From NCBI GenBank assembly GCA_016926205.1, contig JAFGPB010000099.1, positions 9,414 through 73,413 on the forward strand: 64,000 nucleotides of DNA. The letters are read 5' to 3'. The position numbers were made by a program, and so were the translations under genes. The stretch is from Bacteroidales bacterium. Its GTDB lineage: Bacteria; Bacteroidota; Bacteroidia; Bacteroidales; UBA10428. The notes beneath the pieces are model-generated. The model was given only the letters and a program-made list of their open reading frames with translations. It was not told where the DNA came from and did not search any database. This document shows positions 8,857-18,030 of the stretch, one piece after another (positions within the stretch are counted from its first letter, which is position 1; each line of letters starts with the position of its first letter).

Positions 8857-9855
8857 ATGACTGACATTCAGTTTGCACATCCGGAATATCTTTATCTTCT
8901 GCTGCTGGTGGTACCGGCAATTGTCTGGTATATTTTTTATCACAACAGGACCCAGCCGGATCTTAAGGTTCCCACGGTTTCACAGCTTACAGAAGTGAGA
9001 AATGGCATCCGCAATTATTTGCGGCATATTCCTTTTGCACTCAGAATGTTGACGGGTATTGCGCTGATTCTTGTACTGGCAAGGCCTCAATCAACCAACC
9101 GCTGGAGTGACGAGTCGGTTGAAGGAATTGACATTATGCTTGCGCTGGATATTTCAGGAAGCATGCTTGCAGCGGATTTTTCCCCGAACCGCATTGAAGC
9201 TTCAAAAGATGTGGCCATTGAGTTCGTATCGGGCAGACCAAACGACAGGATCGGTCTGGTTCTCTTCGGTGGAGAAAGTTTTACGCAATGTCCCCTGACT
9301 ACTGATCATGCGGTACTGATAAATTTAATACAGAAAGTGAATGTTGGCATTGTGGAGGATCAGTCGACTGCAATCGGTCTGGGACTGGCAAACGCCATAA
9401 AACGTCTTAAGGAAAGCACTGGCAGAAGCCGTGTCGTGATCCTGGTGACCGACGGAATGAACAATGCGGGTTCAATTGATCCTTACACGGCAGCGGATAT
9501 AGCCAGAACATTTGGCGTCAGGTTATACACCATAGGCGTGGGCACAAGGGGTATGGCACCGGTCCCCTTTCAGGATCGTTACGGCAATATTTATTATCAG
9601 CAGGCGGAAGTGGAAATCGATGAGGAAATGCTCGGGGAAATTGCAAGGCTCACGGACGGTGAATATTTCAGGGCTACCAACAATCAAAAGCTGAGAGAAA
9701 TATATGATCAGATCAACAATCTTGAAACGACAAAAATTGATGTGAGACAGTACTCGAGAAAATATGAGGAATTCAGGATTTTTGGAATCTGGGCATTGTC
9801 GTTCCTGATGCTTGAGATCATTATAAGAAATGCATACTTAAGAAGTATTGTATAG
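8857..9855 (+). CDS. batA: vWA-domain aerotolerance protein BatA
   Basis: N-terminal TM helices, MIDAS motif LALDISGSM, VILVTDGMNNAG, and a C-terminal TM helix. Confidence 0.9.
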   Translation: MTDIQFAHPEYLYLLLLVVPAIVWYIFYHNRTQPDLKVPTVSQLTEVRNGIRNYLRHIPFALRMLTGIALILVLARPQSTNRWSDESVEGIDIMLALDISGSMLAADFSPNRIEASKDVAIEFVSGRPNDRIGLVLFGGESFTQCPLTTDHAVLINLIQKVNVGIVEDQSTAIGLGLANAIKRLKESTGRSRVVILVTDGMNNAGSIDPYTAADIARTFGVRLYTIGVGTRGMAPVPFQDRYGNIYYQQAEVEIDEEMLGEIARLTDGEYFRATNNQKLREIYDQINNLETTKIDVRQYSRKYEEFRIFGIWALSFLMLEIIIRNAYLRSIV

Positions 9856-10880
9856 TGAATAACTTCAGATTCGAGCACATAGAATATCTCTGGCTGCTTG
9901 CAGTGATTCCGGTCCTTGCAGGATTGTACATGGTCATTTCGATCATGAAAAAACGAAATCTGAAGGATTTTGGCGAACCTGTGCTGTTGAAAGGTATGAT
10001 GCCGGATTTTTCAGCATTCAGGATACATCTCAAGTTCCTGCTGATGTTGCTGGCAACTTCTCTGATTATCGTTGCGCTTGCCGGACCACAATTTGGTTCC
10101 AAAATTGTGGATGTCAGGCAAAAAGGACTTGAGATCATCATCTCGCTGGATGTTTCAAACAGCATGCTGGCCGAAGACATCAGACCCAACCGTCTTGAAA
10201 GGGCAAAACAGGAATTGTCGAGACTGATGGACAGACTGGAAAATGATCGTGTGGGACTTATAGTCTTTGCCGGTGAAGCGTATACGCAGATACCCATTAC
10301 AAACGATATTCTTTCCGCCAAAATGTTCCTTTCAGGAATCAGTACTGATATGGTATCCAGACAGGGAACTGCAATCGGTTCAGCGATCGAACTGGCAACA
10401 AAATCATTCAGTCAGGATCAGGATGTCGGAAAAGCGATCATTGTGATCAGCGACGGAGAAAACCATGAGGGTGACGTACTGGAAGCATGCATGGAGGCGG
10501 TTGAGCGAAAAATCAGTGTTTTTGCGATCGGAATGGGGCAGGATCAGGGAGCCAGGATCCCGGTCAGTTCCGCCCCTTATAACAGGGATTATTTAAGGGA
10601 CAGGGACGGGAATTTCATAATATCGGAACTGAATGAACAGATGCTTCTGCAGATTGCTGCTGCCGGAAACGGGAAATATTATCGGGCTTCATTACCAGGG
10701 ATGGGCTTAAATGACATTCTCGATCAGCTTGAAAAACTGGAACAGGCTGAAATGACATCGCAGGTTTATGCGGAATATGAGGAGCAGTTTCCGTATTTCA
10801 TATGGACCGCCTTGTTTATACTGTTACTTGACCTGTTCATACTTGAAAAGAGAAATCAATGGTTGAAACAATTGAAGTAA
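9855..10880 (+). CDS. batB: vWA-domain aerotolerance protein BatB
   Basis: MIDAS motif SLDVSNSM, IVISDGENHEG, and TM helices at both ends. There is a 1-nt overlap with batA. Confidence 0.9.
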   Translation: MNNFRFEHIEYLWLLAVIPVLAGLYMVISIMKKRNLKDFGEPVLLKGMMPDFSAFRIHLKFLLMLLATSLIIVALAGPQFGSKIVDVRQKGLEIIISLDVSNSMLAEDIRPNRLERAKQELSRLMDRLENDRVGLIVFAGEAYTQIPITNDILSAKMFLSGISTDMVSRQGTAIGSAIELATKSFSQDQDVGKAIIVISDGENHEGDVLEACMEAVERKISVFAIGMGQDQGARIPVSSAPYNRDYLRDRDGNFIISELNEQMLLQIAAAGNGKYYRASLPGMGLNDILDQLEKLEQAEMTSQVYAEYEEQFPYFIWTALFILLLDLFILEKRNQWLKQLK

Positions 10881-10895
10881 TTTGTTGTGAGAGGA

Positions 10896-11630
10896 ATGAT
10901 AAGGCTAAACATATTTATGCTGCTGTTCATGGTCAGTGCCGCGGCATATGCACAGGTTGAACAGAAATATCTGCGCCATGGCAACAGGCATTACAGAGAT
11001 CATGAATACCAGGAAGCAGAAATTCATTACCGGAAAGCCCTCGAAAAGGATTCGGAATCGGTCAGGGCGAATTATAATCTGGGAAATTCAATGTATAAGC
11101 AGGACCAGTATGAAGCTGCGGCTTCACGATACGATATGCTTCTGAAACAGTCCGATGACAGTATTGAACGGGCAAAATATTTTTATAACCTGGGGAATTC
11201 CTTTTTTAAATCCCGGAAATACGCAGAAAGTGTTACAGCTTTTAAAAATGCTCTGCTGCTCAGACCGGGTGATATGGATGCAAAACACAACCTGCAAATG
11301 GCACTGAGGATGTTGCATAAAGAAAACCAGACCGGCAGTCAGGGTCAGCAAAATGAAAGTGACCAGGAAAATCAGGACGGTGGCGGTTCTGAACAGCAAC
11401 AGCAGCAGCAGGGGGATGAGGATCAGAACATGCAGGACCGTGCACAGAATGAGCAATATGAAGATTCAGACGATCGTTCGGAACTTCCTGAGCCTCAACG
11501 GGGACAGATATCTCCCGAAGATGCGGAACGTCTGTTACAGGCTCTTGAAAATGAAGAGAAAGATGTTTTAAAGAAGGTGCAGGAACGACAGATGCAAATA
11601 AAAAAAGTTCCGGTTGAAAAGAACTGGTGA
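10896..11630 (+). CDS. batC: TPR protein BatC with an acidic/Q-rich tail
   Basis: Signal peptide MIRLNIFMLLFMVSAAAYAQ (the ORF is open from GTG 10887), TPR units, then the QGQQNESDQENQDGGGSEQQQQQQGDEDQ low-complexity region. Confidence 0.85.
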   Translation: MIRLNIFMLLFMVSAAAYAQVEQKYLRHGNRHYRDHEYQEAEIHYRKALEKDSESVRANYNLGNSMYKQDQYEAAASRYDMLLKQSDDSIERAKYFYNLGNSFFKSRKYAESVTAFKNALLLRPGDMDAKHNLQMALRMLHKENQTGSQGQQNESDQENQDGGGSEQQQQQQGDEDQNMQDRAQNEQYEDSDDRSELPEPQRGQISPEDAERLLQALENEEKDVLKKVQERQMQIKKVPVEKNW

Positions 11631-11675
11631 TTCACCTGTTCTTGCCTGGACAATGAACAATAATTATACTTGACC

Positions 11676-13490
11676 ATGCGGACATTTATGGGTATCATGC
11701 TGACCGTTATATTCAATACCTGTGGTTTTGCACAGGAGGTTGAATTTACAGCATCTGCCACTCCGGATGTTTTGCATGTGGGTGAGCAGTTCAACCTGAT
11801 CTATAGTTCAAATCATCAGATCAGTGACCTGGATCTTCCCGAGATCCGTGAATTTGAATTCCTCGGAGGTCCCAGTCAAGGACACAGCCAGAGCATTTCT
11901 TCGGTGAACGGAAAGATCACCAGAACATCAACATATCAGTATACCTATTTTTTCAGGGCGCTAAAGGAGGGTGAATTTACCATTCCGGCAGCCACTGCAA
12001 AAATCGGGAACAGGGAATACCAGGCGAATCCGGTTTCGATTGAAGTCGTACCTGCCCAGACGACACCTTCTTCAAGGCAAAACCAGCCTGATGGAAATGA
12101 TACGGAACAACCGGAGGAAATCGATGACAACAGCCTGTTCATCAGATTCATGGTCGATAAGACTGAAGCTTACATCGGAGAACAGATTGCGGTTACCATT
12201 AAATTGTATTCCAAGGTTAATTTATCAGGCGTTGACCAGGCTTTCAAAGGACCCGATTTTACCGGTTTTTTCATTGAACCGGTGGAAGTTATGCCATTAA
12301 GAAGTCTTGAACGTGAAGTTTACAACGGAGACATATACGGAACAGGGATCCTCAGACAGATGGTGATCATTCCTCAGCATTCAGGAGACATCACCATAGG
12401 ATCCTTTGACGTAGATGTTTCAGTGCGCCAGGAAGTCAGAAGACGGATTACGGATTCATTTTTTGATGATTTTTTCTTTCCCGATGTGCAGAATGTGCCG
12501 TATACTTTGTCAAGCGGACCGGTCAGGATCAGCGTGAAACCACTTCCGGATGACGCTCCGGATTCATTTGCGGGCGCAGTGGGTAATTTCAGGCTTTCCT
12601 CCTCGATAAGCGGGACTGAGACCATGACCAATGAACCGCTCACACTGAAATATATGATTTCCGGAACTGGCAACCTCAAACTGATGGATGAACTGACTGT
12701 TGACATTCCTGCAGGACTGGAAAGGTATGATCCGGTGATCAGTACAAATCTGGACAATGCCAGGTCAGGGACCAAGACTTATGAATATCTGATCATTCCG
12801 CATAACGCAGGAATTTATTCAATCCCTCCCGCAGAATTCACTTACTTTGATCCTGCATCCCGGGAATACCGAACCCTGTATTCACAATCCTATACGGTAA
12901 ATGTCCGGAAAGGGGAATGGGACAGCCTCTCCCATGCGGTTTCAGGTGTCTATAAGGAAGATGTTCAGTTGCTTAACGAGGATATTCATTATATAAAAAC
13001 CAGATCCATTCGGCTGTCTGACAAGGATTCATATTTTGCCGGATCATGGTTGTTCTATATCTTGTCAGGTGCTGTACTCATCATGTTCATCGTCCTGCTG
13101 ACGGTCCGCAATCGTTTGAAGGCTTATAATGCTGATGTTGTTCAGGTGAGAAAGCGCAGGGCTGATAAATATGCGCTGAAAAGGCTGAAGCATTGCGGGG
13201 GTCTCATAGAACAGGGGAAACATACAGAATTTTATGACGTTTTGCTTGTGGCTTTATGGCGTTATCTGAGTGACAAGCTCAACATACCGCTGTCAGGGTT
13301 ATCCAGGGAAACAGCAATGGAACAACTGAAAATACGCAGCATTGAAGAAGAACTGATCCGTGAATTCTTTAGAATAACGGGTGAATGTGAGGTCGCACGA
13401 TATACCCCCGTAGCGGAACACACTGACATTAAGCAGATATATCAGGATGCGCTGGATGTGATATCAAAAATTCAACAAAAGCTGAAATGA
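11676..13490 (+). CDS. batD: BatD (oxygen-tolerance family) protein
   Basis: Signal peptide, repeated beta-sandwich modules (F....A.P..V.VGE.F), a late TM helix LFYILSGAVLIMFIVLL, and a helical tail. The ORF is open from TTG 11670. Confidence 0.85.
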   Translation: MRTFMGIMLTVIFNTCGFAQEVEFTASATPDVLHVGEQFNLIYSSNHQISDLDLPEIREFEFLGGPSQGHSQSISSVNGKITRTSTYQYTYFFRALKEGEFTIPAATAKIGNREYQANPVSIEVVPAQTTPSSRQNQPDGNDTEQPEEIDDNSLFIRFMVDKTEAYIGEQIAVTIKLYSKVNLSGVDQAFKGPDFTGFFIEPVEVMPLRSLEREVYNGDIYGTGILRQMVIIPQHSGDITIGSFDVDVSVRQEVRRRITDSFFDDFFFPDVQNVPYTLSSGPVRISVKPLPDDAPDSFAGAVGNFRLSSSISGTETMTNEPLTLKYMISGTGNLKLMDELTVDIPAGLERYDPVISTNLDNARSGTKTYEYLIIPHNAGIYSIPPAEFTYFDPASREYRTLYSQSYTVNVRKGEWDSLSHAVSGVYKEDVQLLNEDIHYIKTRSIRLSDKDSYFAGSWLFYILSGAVLIMFIVLLTVRNRLKAYNADVVQVRKRRADKYALKRLKHCGGLIEQGKHTEFYDVLLVALWRYLSDKLNIPLSGLSRETAMEQLKIRSIEEELIREFFRITGECEVARYTPVAEHTDIKQIYQDALDVISKIQQKLK

Positions 13491-14311
13491 ACTTATGCCC
13501 CAATCGATCACCGGATCAGGTCACCGGTCAGACGGTCGCCAGAAAACGATGGCGCATTTTCCTTTTATCTGCCATCTTTATTTCGGCCAGTCAGGCAGCA
13601 ATGAATGCTGTTCAGCCGGATTCACTGATATCGGAAGCAAATCAGCATTACATCGGCCTTCAATTCGATCAGGCTGCTGCACTTTACAGGTCTGTCCTCG
13701 ATTCGGGTTATGAATCTGCAGAACTGTATTACAATCTGGGCAATGCATATTACAAAATGAACCGCCTCGCAGAGGCCATACTGTTTTATGAAAAAGCGCT
13801 GGAACTGTCACCCTATGATGACGACATCAGAAATAACCTTGACATGGCAAACATGTTCATCGTGGATCAGGTGGAAACCATTCCTGTTCTTTTTCTGAAA
13901 CGGTGGTGGAAGCTTGCTGTGAACGTTTTGCCACCTGATGCGTGGGCAGTTCTCAGTCTGCTTTTGTTACTGGTTTCCCTGTCTCTCCTGTTCCTGCATA
14001 TCGTGTTTGCAGACAGGATCAGGCACGGAAAATACCTGTTGCCCTTTGGGTTGACTGTATTGTTTCTTTCAGTGTTGCTCTATGTTTTCAGTATTTCCCG
14101 GAAGAAATCCATCGTGCGGAATGACAAAGCAGTTGTACTGGATCTGTCCGTAACCGTAAGAAGTTCTCCCGATGAGCTGGGTACCAGCGTATTTATGTTG
14201 CATGAAGGTACGAAAGTCGAAATACTGGATAGTCTGGAAAACTGGAGGGAGATCAAAATCGCCAACGGAAATCAGGGATGGTTGTTGAAGAGCTCAATAG
14301 GTGAGATTTAG
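13487..14311 (+). CDS. batE: BatE (TPR + TM + C-terminal SH3-like domain)
   Basis: ATGA overlap with batD. TPR unit AELYYNLGNAYYKMNRLAEAILFYEKALELSP, two TM helices, and an SH3b-like end VRSSPDELGTSVFMLHEGTKVEILD..ENWREIKIANGNQGWL. Confidence 0.85.
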   Translation: MNLCPNRSPDQVTGQTVARKRWRIFLLSAIFISASQAAMNAVQPDSLISEANQHYIGLQFDQAAALYRSVLDSGYESAELYYNLGNAYYKMNRLAEAILFYEKALELSPYDDDIRNNLDMANMFIVDQVETIPVLFLKRWWKLAVNVLPPDAWAVLSLLLLLVSLSLLFLHIVFADRIRHGKYLLPFGLTVLFLSVLLYVFSISRKKSIVRNDKAVVLDLSVTVRSSPDELGTSVFMLHEGTKVEILDSLENWREIKIANGNQGWLLKSSIGEI

Positions 14312-14321
14312 CGGATTCGTT

Positions 14322-14615
14322 TCAAGGCCGGATCTCAAAACCGGTGAAATTCATGAATTCACCTTCCTCCGTGGATACACGGTCAACCCTGGCATGAAGA
14401 GGTCCACTCATACACCACTGGATAAATCCGTCCACAGCAATACTGTCACCTTCAGCTTCCACATATACATCACCATTGTAAAGGTTTCTGACAAAACCAT
14501 GAATTCCCCTCCGCCTGGCTTCAAGCCATGCTGCATAACGAAATCCTACACCCTGCACGACTCCTGAAATGATGATATTAACGTGTATTTTGTTGTCTTT
14601 CATCTTCTGATTCAC
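14322..14615 (-). CDS. acyP: Acylphosphatase
   Basis: ISGVVQGVGFRYAAWLEARRRGIHGFVRNLYNGDVYVEAEG is the acylphosphatase signature, and the 97-aa size fits. Confidence 0.9.
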   Translation of the reverse strand: MNQKMKDNKIHVNIIISGVVQGVGFRYAAWLEARRRGIHGFVRNLYNGDVYVEAEGDSIAVDGFIQWCMSGPLHARVDRVSTEEGEFMNFTGFEIRP

Positions 14616-14639
14616 TAATTTAACAAGAAAATAGCGGAT

Positions 14640-15038
14640 GTGCTAAAGCTGGCTGACATTTTTTTTGTATGTTTTCATTCCATTCTGACGGTTTTCAATG
14701 CATTCGGATGGATACATCCGGCCCTGAGAAAATGGAATCTGGCAACACTGTTGCTTACGGGTGCTTCCTGGTTCGGTCTGGGTATATTCTACGGATGGGG
14801 ATATTGTCCGCTGACCGAATGGCATTTTCGAATTCTTGAAAAACTGGGGTATGTGGATTTGCCTGTTTCATATATCACTTATATGCTCGATCGTTTGTTT
14901 GGTTTATCTGTTCACCAGGATACTGTTGATTTCTTTACCATGACCATGTTCCTTGCGGCTGTGGCACTTTCGTTGGTTCTGAACATCCGGGACCTTCTAT
15001 ACAAAAAAACTGAATGTAAGACACATGAAGAGCTGTAA
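14640..15038 (+). CDS. DUF2784-like small membrane protein
   Basis: 132 aa with four predicted TM helices. GWGYCPLTEWHFRILEKLG is typical of the family. GTG start. Confidence 0.6.
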   Translation: MLKLADIFFVCFHSILTVFNAFGWIHPALRKWNLATLLLTGASWFGLGIFYGWGYCPLTEWHFRILEKLGYVDLPVSYITYMLDRLFGLSVHQDTVDFFTMTMFLAAVALSLVLNIRDLLYKKTECKTHEEL

Positions 15039-15128
15039 TATACTGTCATTATGCCTTCAGGGTATTGAATTCCCTGATCCGTTTCAATGAACATTTTAAC
15101 CTCAAACGTGTTAAGAATGGTGATATGA

Positions 15129-15698
15129 ATGCAAATCAACAATATTGACGAAATGAAAGATATAATACTTATGATGTTGTCCTTAGGATTTTTTAATGTC
15201 ACTGCGAGTCCGCAGGAGAACAAATCATTCCATGACTTTCAGGTTACCGATATCAATGGAAATGAATTTGACATGGGTTCGCTGAAGGGGAAAAAGGTGC
15301 TTGTGGTAAATACAGCCTCCAAATGCGGTTTTACGCCTCAGTATGCGGACCTTGAGAGACTGTATAAAGAATATGGTGACCGGGATTTTGTAATTATCGG
15401 CTTTCCCGCGAACAACTTTCTGGGTCAGGAGCCCGGTACGGACGCGGAAATCAAAGCTTTCTGCCAGCTTAATTACGGTGTTACCTTTCCGATGATGTCA
15501 AAGATCTCGGTGAGAGGAAGAGATATTCATCCCTTGTATGAGTGGTTAACCAGGAAGGAACTGAATGGCGTGATGAATTCAAATGTATCCTGGAATTTCC
15601 AGAAGTACATGATTGATGAATCGGGAAATCTTGTCGGAATGATTTCTCCGCGGGAGAATCCTTATTCGGATGAACTCCTGGAATGGCTGAACAATTAG
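15129..15698 (+). CDS. gpx: Glutathione peroxidase (Cys-type)
   Basis: KVLVVNTASKCGFTPQY, IIGFPANNFLGQEPG and WNFQKY. The active-site codon is TGC (15324-15326), so this is not selenocysteine. Confidence 0.9.
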   Translation: MQINNIDEMKDIILMMLSLGFFNVTASPQENKSFHDFQVTDINGNEFDMGSLKGKKVLVVNTASKCGFTPQYADLERLYKEYGDRDFVIIGFPANNFLGQEPGTDAEIKAFCQLNYGVTFPMMSKISVRGRDIHPLYEWLTRKELNGVMNSNVSWNFQKYMIDESGNLVGMISPRENPYSDELLEWLNN

Positions 15699-15731
15699 TT
15701 GCGCCAGCAGGACAAACACCCGTTATGAATT

Positions 15732-17477
15732 TCAGGATTCTTTGAGAAACAGATCCAGTTTCTCAAAGAATTCCTTTATGTTTATGGGTTTGTCTATATA
15801 CTCATTCATACCTGCTTCCAGGCAGATGCCCCTTTCATCTTCCATAATAAAGGCAGATTGTGCAATGATAGGAGTATACGGTTTGAATTCACGGATTATT
15901 TTTGTAGCTTCCAGACCATTCATTTCAGGCAATTTGATATCCATCAGAATCAGATCAATCTTAATGCTCGATCTGCACAGCTCAACTGCCTGGGATCCAG
16001 TATTGGCCCTGAGCAACTGAACATCCGTTGTATGCAGGACCGCTTCAAGAAATTTATAATTCACATCGTCATCCTCAACAATCAATACCACCTTGTCTTT
16101 CCATCTGTAAGGAGGTATTCTGAATTCTTCCTCAGGAAGTACTTCATGATAGGTGTCGGGCACCTCTTCACGCGGAATGGTGAATGAATAAGTGGATCCC
16201 TGATCCGGAACCGTTTCTATCCATATTTTTCCACCCAGAAGCTTCACCAGGTTCCTGGATATGGTCAGTTCAAGTCCCGAACCTTCATACTTGCCGAAAA
16301 AAGTGAGTTCATCCGTAAAACTTTTCCTGGTCTGTTCCCGTGAACGTCCGGCACTGGTATCTTTTACATAAAAGTCTATTCTGTTTTCCGAACCATACTG
16401 ATATCCGATTTCTATGAAACCTTTTGATGTATGATTGATGGAATGCCGGACCAGGCTGATGATGAGCTGCTGAAGCCTGCCTGCATCCGTATAGGTAACG
16501 ACATCTCTTTCTTCCGGATAATTCACCCTGATTTCGAGATGGGACTTATTGCTGATGGCCTTATGCCGGTTGCAGATCGTTATCACTTCGTGCAGCAACA
16601 ACTCGACATTGCAGGGTGATTTGTTGATTCTCACGATGCCCGTCTCCATCCTGGCGAATTCAGAGATGTCGTCAACCAGTCTCAACAGGTAAATCCCCTG
16701 TTCTTTAATGGTGTTTATGTATTCAGTCCTTTGATCATATGACAGGTTTCCGATATTCAGGATTTCACTGTATCCGATGATCGCATTCATGGGTGTTCTG
16801 ATCTCATGAGAGATGTGCCTTAGCAGCATGTTTTTGTTTTTTTCAAGATCATCGGCCTTATCCTTTGCTTTTTGCAGGTCTCTTTTGATTTTATCCTGAG
16901 CGGTAACATCCGTAACAATGCAAATAACTGCATCATTATCATTCACATTTCCGTAATCTATCGGGAATACTCTGATGGAGATGATTCTGAATTCCCTTCC
17001 TTCGGCTTCTGCTTTTGCAATTTTGAATTCAAGTTCAGAATATTTGCCCTGTTTTTCCGCATTGATCAGGGCTTTCTCGAAAAAGATCCGGTCTTCCGCC
17101 GGAATCAGGTTTTTAATGTCCTCGACCGGAATTTCATGCTCTGTTCTTAACCCGAGTATTTCAGCAGCCTTACGGGAAAGTCTGACAGTTGTCTGGCCTG
17201 ACGGTTTCATAAAGAAACCGATTCCGGCGAGCTCGACAACTTTGAGAAATACCGGTATCCCGGACTGAATACCGGTCAGGTTATGGAATTCGGCAAGTCT
17301 GCTTTTCAGCTTGTTGTTCTCCGCTTCCAGACTCTCGAGCGATCGCCTGAGGTCCTTTAATTCTTTTCTTCTGTTGCCCGGTCCCATTTTCTGTATTTCC
17401 AGAAATGATCCAAAGATATAGCGAGTACCATCATTTAAACACTGATTCCACGCGCTTGATAAGATATTGAATATCAA
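15732..17477 (-). CDS. Cytoplasmic hybrid sensor histidine kinase (coiled coil-PAS-HisKA-HATPase-REC)
   Basis: H-box LLRHISHEIRTPMNAIIGYSEIL, G-box GSGLELTISRNLVKLLGG, and receiver VLIVEDDDVNYKF...LILMDIKLPEMNG. No TM segment. The true start may be ATG 17387, which would remove the 47-nt overlap with the upstream REC gene. Confidence 0.9.
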   Translation of the reverse strand: MIFNILSSAWNQCLNDGTRYIFGSFLEIQKMGPGNRRKELKDLRRSLESLEAENNKLKSRLAEFHNLTGIQSGIPVFLKVVELAGIGFFMKPSGQTTVRLSRKAAEILGLRTEHEIPVEDIKNLIPAEDRIFFEKALINAEKQGKYSELEFKIAKAEAEGREFRIISIRVFPIDYGNVNDNDAVICIVTDVTAQDKIKRDLQKAKDKADDLEKNKNMLLRHISHEIRTPMNAIIGYSEILNIGNLSYDQRTEYINTIKEQGIYLLRLVDDISEFARMETGIVRINKSPCNVELLLHEVITICNRHKAISNKSHLEIRVNYPEERDVVTYTDAGRLQQLIISLVRHSINHTSKGFIEIGYQYGSENRIDFYVKDTSAGRSREQTRKSFTDELTFFGKYEGSGLELTISRNLVKLLGGKIWIETVPDQGSTYSFTIPREEVPDTYHEVLPEEEFRIPPYRWKDKVVLIVEDDDVNYKFLEAVLHTTDVQLLRANTGSQAVELCRSSIKIDLILMDIKLPEMNGLEATKIIREFKPYTPIIAQSAFIMEDERGICLEAGMNEYIDKPINIKEFFEKLDLFLKES

Positions 17478-17811
17478 CAGGCTTTCTTATAAAATCCAAG
17501 GCTCCCATTTCCAATGCCTTGTTCTCACTTCCTTTGTCTGAGAGTGCTGAAATGACAATAACCGGAATATCACGGATTTTCTTTTCTTTCCGAAGTTGTT
17601 CAAAAAAATCAAATCCGCTTGTTTTTGGAATCAGAAGATCCAGCAAAATCAGATCAGGTGTTTTTCTCTTAATAGACAAAAAAGCATCCTGAACGTTCTG
17701 GGCTTTTATAATTTGATATCCCTTATCTTCTAATACTGCCTCCATTAAGGCAATGTTTGTGGAGGAATCGTCAACAATCAAAATGCAGGGTTGGTTTGTT
17801 ATTGCTGCCAT
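17431..17811 (-). CDS. Single-domain response regulator (REC only)
   Basis: ILIVDDSSTNIALMEAVL...DLILLDLLIPKTSGFDF. The ORF is open to 17946, but that extension is low-complexity; ATG 17811 gives a canonical REC N-terminus. Confidence 0.85.
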   Translation of the reverse strand: MAAITNQPCILIVDDSSTNIALMEAVLEDKGYQIIKAQNVQDAFLSIKRKTPDLILLDLLIPKTSGFDFFEQLRKEKKIRDIPVIVISALSDKGSENKALEMGALDFIRKPVDIQYLIKRVESVFK

Positions 17812-17959
17812 CACCAAGAATTCGCAAATAAAAGATCGATAAAAATAATAATTTAACCCGTTGAACGTAATCAAAAACAGCAAAAAATATTGAAACATCC
17901 TATAACTCATATAACAAAATGACGTATATAATGCAAACTGCCACAAAGAGACAAATTGT

Positions 17960-17967
17960 TATCTTTG
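17960..17967 (+). promoter_or_regulatory. Candidate -7 box (TATCTTTG) for the Crp/Fnr gene
   Basis: Exact TAnnTTTG match, 64 nt upstream of ATG 18031. Confidence 0.35.
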
Positions 17968-18001
17968 GCTGAGGAAGTGCATTATTAAGAATTTTAAAGA
18001 T

Positions 18002-18022
18002 TCCGGAGACTGTCCGGAGACT
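18002..18022 (+). promoter_or_regulatory. Direct repeat TCCGGAGACT-g-TCCGGAGACT (11-nt period) in the Crp/Fnr leader
   Basis: The two identical 10-mers lie at 18002-18011 and 18013-18022 and end 9 nt before the ATG. TCCGGA is self-complementary, so the two copies could also form a 6-bp stem with a 5-nt loop. Confidence 0.35.
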
Positions 18023-18030
18023 AAACGTAT

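Noticed and set aside
11393-11413. CAG/CAA (poly-Q) microsatellite in batC as a possible slip-strand phase-variation tract
   Set aside because: It has only about six mixed CAA/CAG codons, in frame and within a generally low-complexity acidic linker. That is too short and impure for contingency-locus behaviour.
15324-15326. Possible selenocysteine (TGA) in the glutathione peroxidase active site
   Set aside because: The codon is TGC (Cys), and no in-frame TGA or SECIS-like hairpin is present.
17812-17946. 45-codon extension of the REC-only ORF; similar extensions at 47805-47906 (DUF4956) and 5216-5254 (truA)
   Set aside because: The extensions run through AT-rich promoter-like sequence and give aromatic/low-complexity peptides. 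Internal ATGs reproduce the family N-termini.
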